Assembly: GCA_964638175.1 (NCBI GenBank)
Contig: CAZWZY010000001.1
Span: 62,257-126,256 of the forward strand
DNA: 64,000 nucleotides
From: an uncultured Thermoplasmatales archaeon
GTDB lineage: Archaea; Thermoplasmatota; E2; DHVEG-1
Direction: 5' to 3'
Part shown: piece after piece, positions 62,204 through 64,000 of the stretch
Numbering within the stretch: the stretch's first letter is position 1
How the letters are laid out: each line of letters begins with the position of its first letter
The notes under the pieces: generated by a model
What the model was told of the DNA's origin: nothing
Databases searched by the model: none
Seen by the model: the letters and a program-made list of their open reading frames with translations, nothing else
Position numbers and translations under genes: made by a program

Positions 62204-62762
62204 ATGATTCTCCTCTTGTTATTCCAGATGCAATTAAATGTGCAACTCTGATCGGCTCTGGTATGGCACCTCGTATCGTAGAAAGCGTTATTATTTCTTT
62301 TGCCTCTTCTAGAGAGCATCCAATATGTTTAATGAAAATAGGATTGTGAGACGTTTTAATTCTGTGCAGTCCTCCCTGTTGCACGAGCCGCAATCGTTCT
62401 TCCCAATCGCTAAAATGGTGAGTTAATGCGTTTTGTATCGCATGGAAGTCAGGCGCATCTCTTGTGATAGTTATCAGAGGGAGACTAGTTTCACGATACA
62501 CCGCCTCGATATCGACAATATTGAATCCTCCAAGAGCAATACCGTCCAGTAGCATCGCTCTAAGCTGCTGACGATGTTTCGTATTGTTTATTAATTCTAT
62601 ACAAACCTCTGTTGCATCAGTCCCATCAATAGTAACCTGCCTTCGTAACACACATTCAAGGTACTCCCCCCCTCGCATTACCGCCCCGATAACTGGCGTA
62701 TAAGTATCATTGAAGGTGAAAGGAGCATCATCAAGCCCCAACAAACGTATCTGCTGTTTCAT
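62190..62762 (-). CDS. DUF99 / UPF0215-family protein
   Basis: …IRLLGLDDAPF… N-terminal signature; family assignment recalled from memory. Confidence 0.5.
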   Translation of the reverse strand: MKQQIRLLGLDDAPFTFNDTYTPVIGAVMRGGEYLECVLRRQVTIDGTDATEVCIELINNTKHRQQLRAMLLDGIALGGFNIVDIEAVYRETSLPLITITRDAPDFHAIQNALTHHFSDWEERLRLVQQGGLHRIKTSHNPIFIKHIGCSLEEAKEIITLSTIRGAIPEPIRVAHLIASGITRGESYGKA

Positions 62763-62814
62763 CTACAAAATAAATAGAGATATACTACTAAATCTTTTAC
62801 CGCTTACATTTTCC

Positions 62815-62863
62815 GATATATTTATAAAAAAAAAGCTATTGTTTTTATATGGTTTTGAGGAGG
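62815..62863 (+). promoter_or_regulatory. TATA-like box and Shine-Dalgarno sequence upstream of the PGF-CTERM protein gene
   Basis: gatatatttataaaa at 62815-62829 and GAGGAGG at 62857-62863, 7 nt before the ATG. Confidence 0.4.
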
Positions 62864-62870
62864 AAAACTT

Positions 62871-63533
62871 ATGAAAGTATGGAAGATAAGCATACTATTT
62901 TTAGGAGCAGTCATTGTATTAGGAATGGCAAACGTTCCCGTTTTGGCAGAATCTGATGAGACAGGGGATTTATGGCATTGGTATTATTCTGAGACTAATT
63001 GGGGCTGGGGCGAAGCCACAGGCCATCCAAATATAGATATTACAGACGTATCCTATTCAAAGAATGGATTGGAAGTTACCCTATCAATGACTGTTGCAGG
63101 GTCCATACAAGACAGCGAAACCATCATATACTACATATACTCAGGAGAGCCTGAAGAAAATTACTACTGGGTGATGTATATGAATGGTGTTTGTACCTGG
63201 GGCGCAACTGGTTTTGGAGGGTATTCAGGCGGGATGATAAACGATCCCCTCTCTGGCGACGGAAAAACACTAACAGCTACTTTCAATCTTACAGAGGATA
63301 CAACAATTTCACCACATGCTAACACTATCGAATATTCACAGTTAGGAGACATTTCAACATCAGAATGGTGGCAGGATTGGTATCCAAACGAATACTTCCA
63401 GGAAGCTCTGAATGGTGATGATGGTACAGAGAATGGAGATGGAACACCACCCACCGGGACACCCGGATTTGAACTGGTAGCATTAGTTATTGCTGCCGCA
63501 ATATCGCTCATTGTATACAAGAGAAGAAGGTAA
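62871..63533 (+). CDS. Secreted acidic Trp/Tyr-rich protein with a PGF-CTERM archaeosortase sorting signal
   Basis: Signal peptide, then …DGTPPTGTPGFELVALVIAAAISLIVYKRRR at the C-terminus: a Thr/Pro-rich linker, a PGF motif, a TM helix and a basic tail. Confidence 0.6.
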   Translation: MKVWKISILFLGAVIVLGMANVPVLAESDETGDLWHWYYSETNWGWGEATGHPNIDITDVSYSKNGLEVTLSMTVAGSIQDSETIIYYIYSGEPEENYYWVMYMNGVCTWGATGFGGYSGGMINDPLSGDGKTLTATFNLTEDTTISPHANTIEYSQLGDISTSEWWQDWYPNEYFQEALNGDDGTENGDGTPPTGTPGFELVALVIAAAISLIVYKRRR

Positions 63534-63547
63534 TTTCTTCTCTATTT

Positions 63548-63907
63548 TTATAGAAGAGGAAGCTCTCCTGTTACTTGATCAATAATGTTAGTAGGTGCGG
63601 GTCCAAGCCCTAATGCTGTTTTAGTGCCTGCTAGAATTTCAGTGTGCCCCGCATCTTCAATTAATGATGTTGAGATTTTCAACATCTCAGCTTTTTCTTT
63701 CAGAGAAAAAAAATCTTCAAGACATTCAACTTTCACTACTGCTTTTTTCGCTCCTTCTGCTTGCCAGTTTTTAAACCATTTAGCATTACTTTTTTTTGTC
63801 GAAAGAGCACAATTGACTGCTGCATGAGCAACCTGAGCTGCCAGTTTTCCAGGAGATAATTTTAAATCACTTCGTGTGACAATGACCATTTTATATTCAA
63901 AATCCAT
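63548..63907 (-). CDS. pth2: Peptidyl-tRNA hydrolase, archaeal PTH2 type
   Basis: …KMVIVTRSDLKLSPGKLAAQVAHAAV… PTH2 signature in a 119-aa protein. Confidence 0.85.
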   Translation of the reverse strand: MDFEYKMVIVTRSDLKLSPGKLAAQVAHAAVNCALSTKKSNAKWFKNWQAEGAKKAVVKVECLEDFFSLKEKAEMLKISTSLIEDAGHTEILAGTKTALGLGPAPTNIIDQVTGELPLL

Positions 63908-64000
63908 CAGAGCGTTCTCCTGCGTTATCTTGTTTACAGAGAGACTCTATCCGCCATTTTTCTCCAAGTTCTTGGGCCTTATCGCGATCGACAAGCCCTT

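Noticed and set aside
63947-64000. Partial minus-strand ORF ending …KNLEKNGG, a possible ubiquitin-like SAMP/MoaD with C-terminal Gly-Gly
   Set aside because: Only 17 residues are visible and there is no beta-grasp-defining sequence. It is mentioned as a lead under the JAMM cluster finding, not annotated as a feature.

Overview
AT-rich euryarchaeal chromosomal segment, densely coding on both strands. The lineage call rests on the archaeal information-processing genes (two tandem TBP genes, Orc1/Cdc6, Cdc48, Alba, aRF1, GatD, α2-type tRNA splicing endonuclease, PTH2, NMD3-like), on pyruvoyl-dependent arginine decarboxylase, and on one PGF-CTERM surface protein. Central metabolism present: enolase, a pycB-pycA-birA pyruvate carboxylase operon, PEP synthase, glutamine synthetase, CTP synthase, NAD kinase, indolepyruvate:ferredoxin oxidoreductase IorAB and an NfnAB/sulfide-dehydrogenase-like pair. 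One tRNA-Leu(CAA) was found by eye. Cdc6 sits beside an origin of replication read directly from the sequence: two 18-nt perfect inverted ORB-like elements flank a ~150-bp AT-rich stretch. An IS6-family insertion sequence with 14-bp perfect terminal inverted repeats lies about 1.4 kb from that origin. Several membrane- or envelope-associated gene sets are poorly characterised: a secreted, membrane-anchored Lon S16-type protease-domain glycoprotein; a prenyl-lipid-type cluster with two UbiA paralogs, two small overlapping polytopic membrane proteins and an atypical GGR paralog; an OB-fold protein paired with a TctA/DUF112 membrane protein; a wHTH gene, an overlapping small ORF and a MacB-type ABC exporter after glnA; and a bPH_2 membrane pair. 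Other points of note are a ThiI-like THUMP protein with a degenerate PP-loop, a HisA-like COG1411 protein with an Asp-to-His change, and an NSS transporter with a possible micro-subunit. No CRISPR array, rRNA or recognisable defence system was seen. All calls come from reading the translated ORFs and the DNA without database searches.
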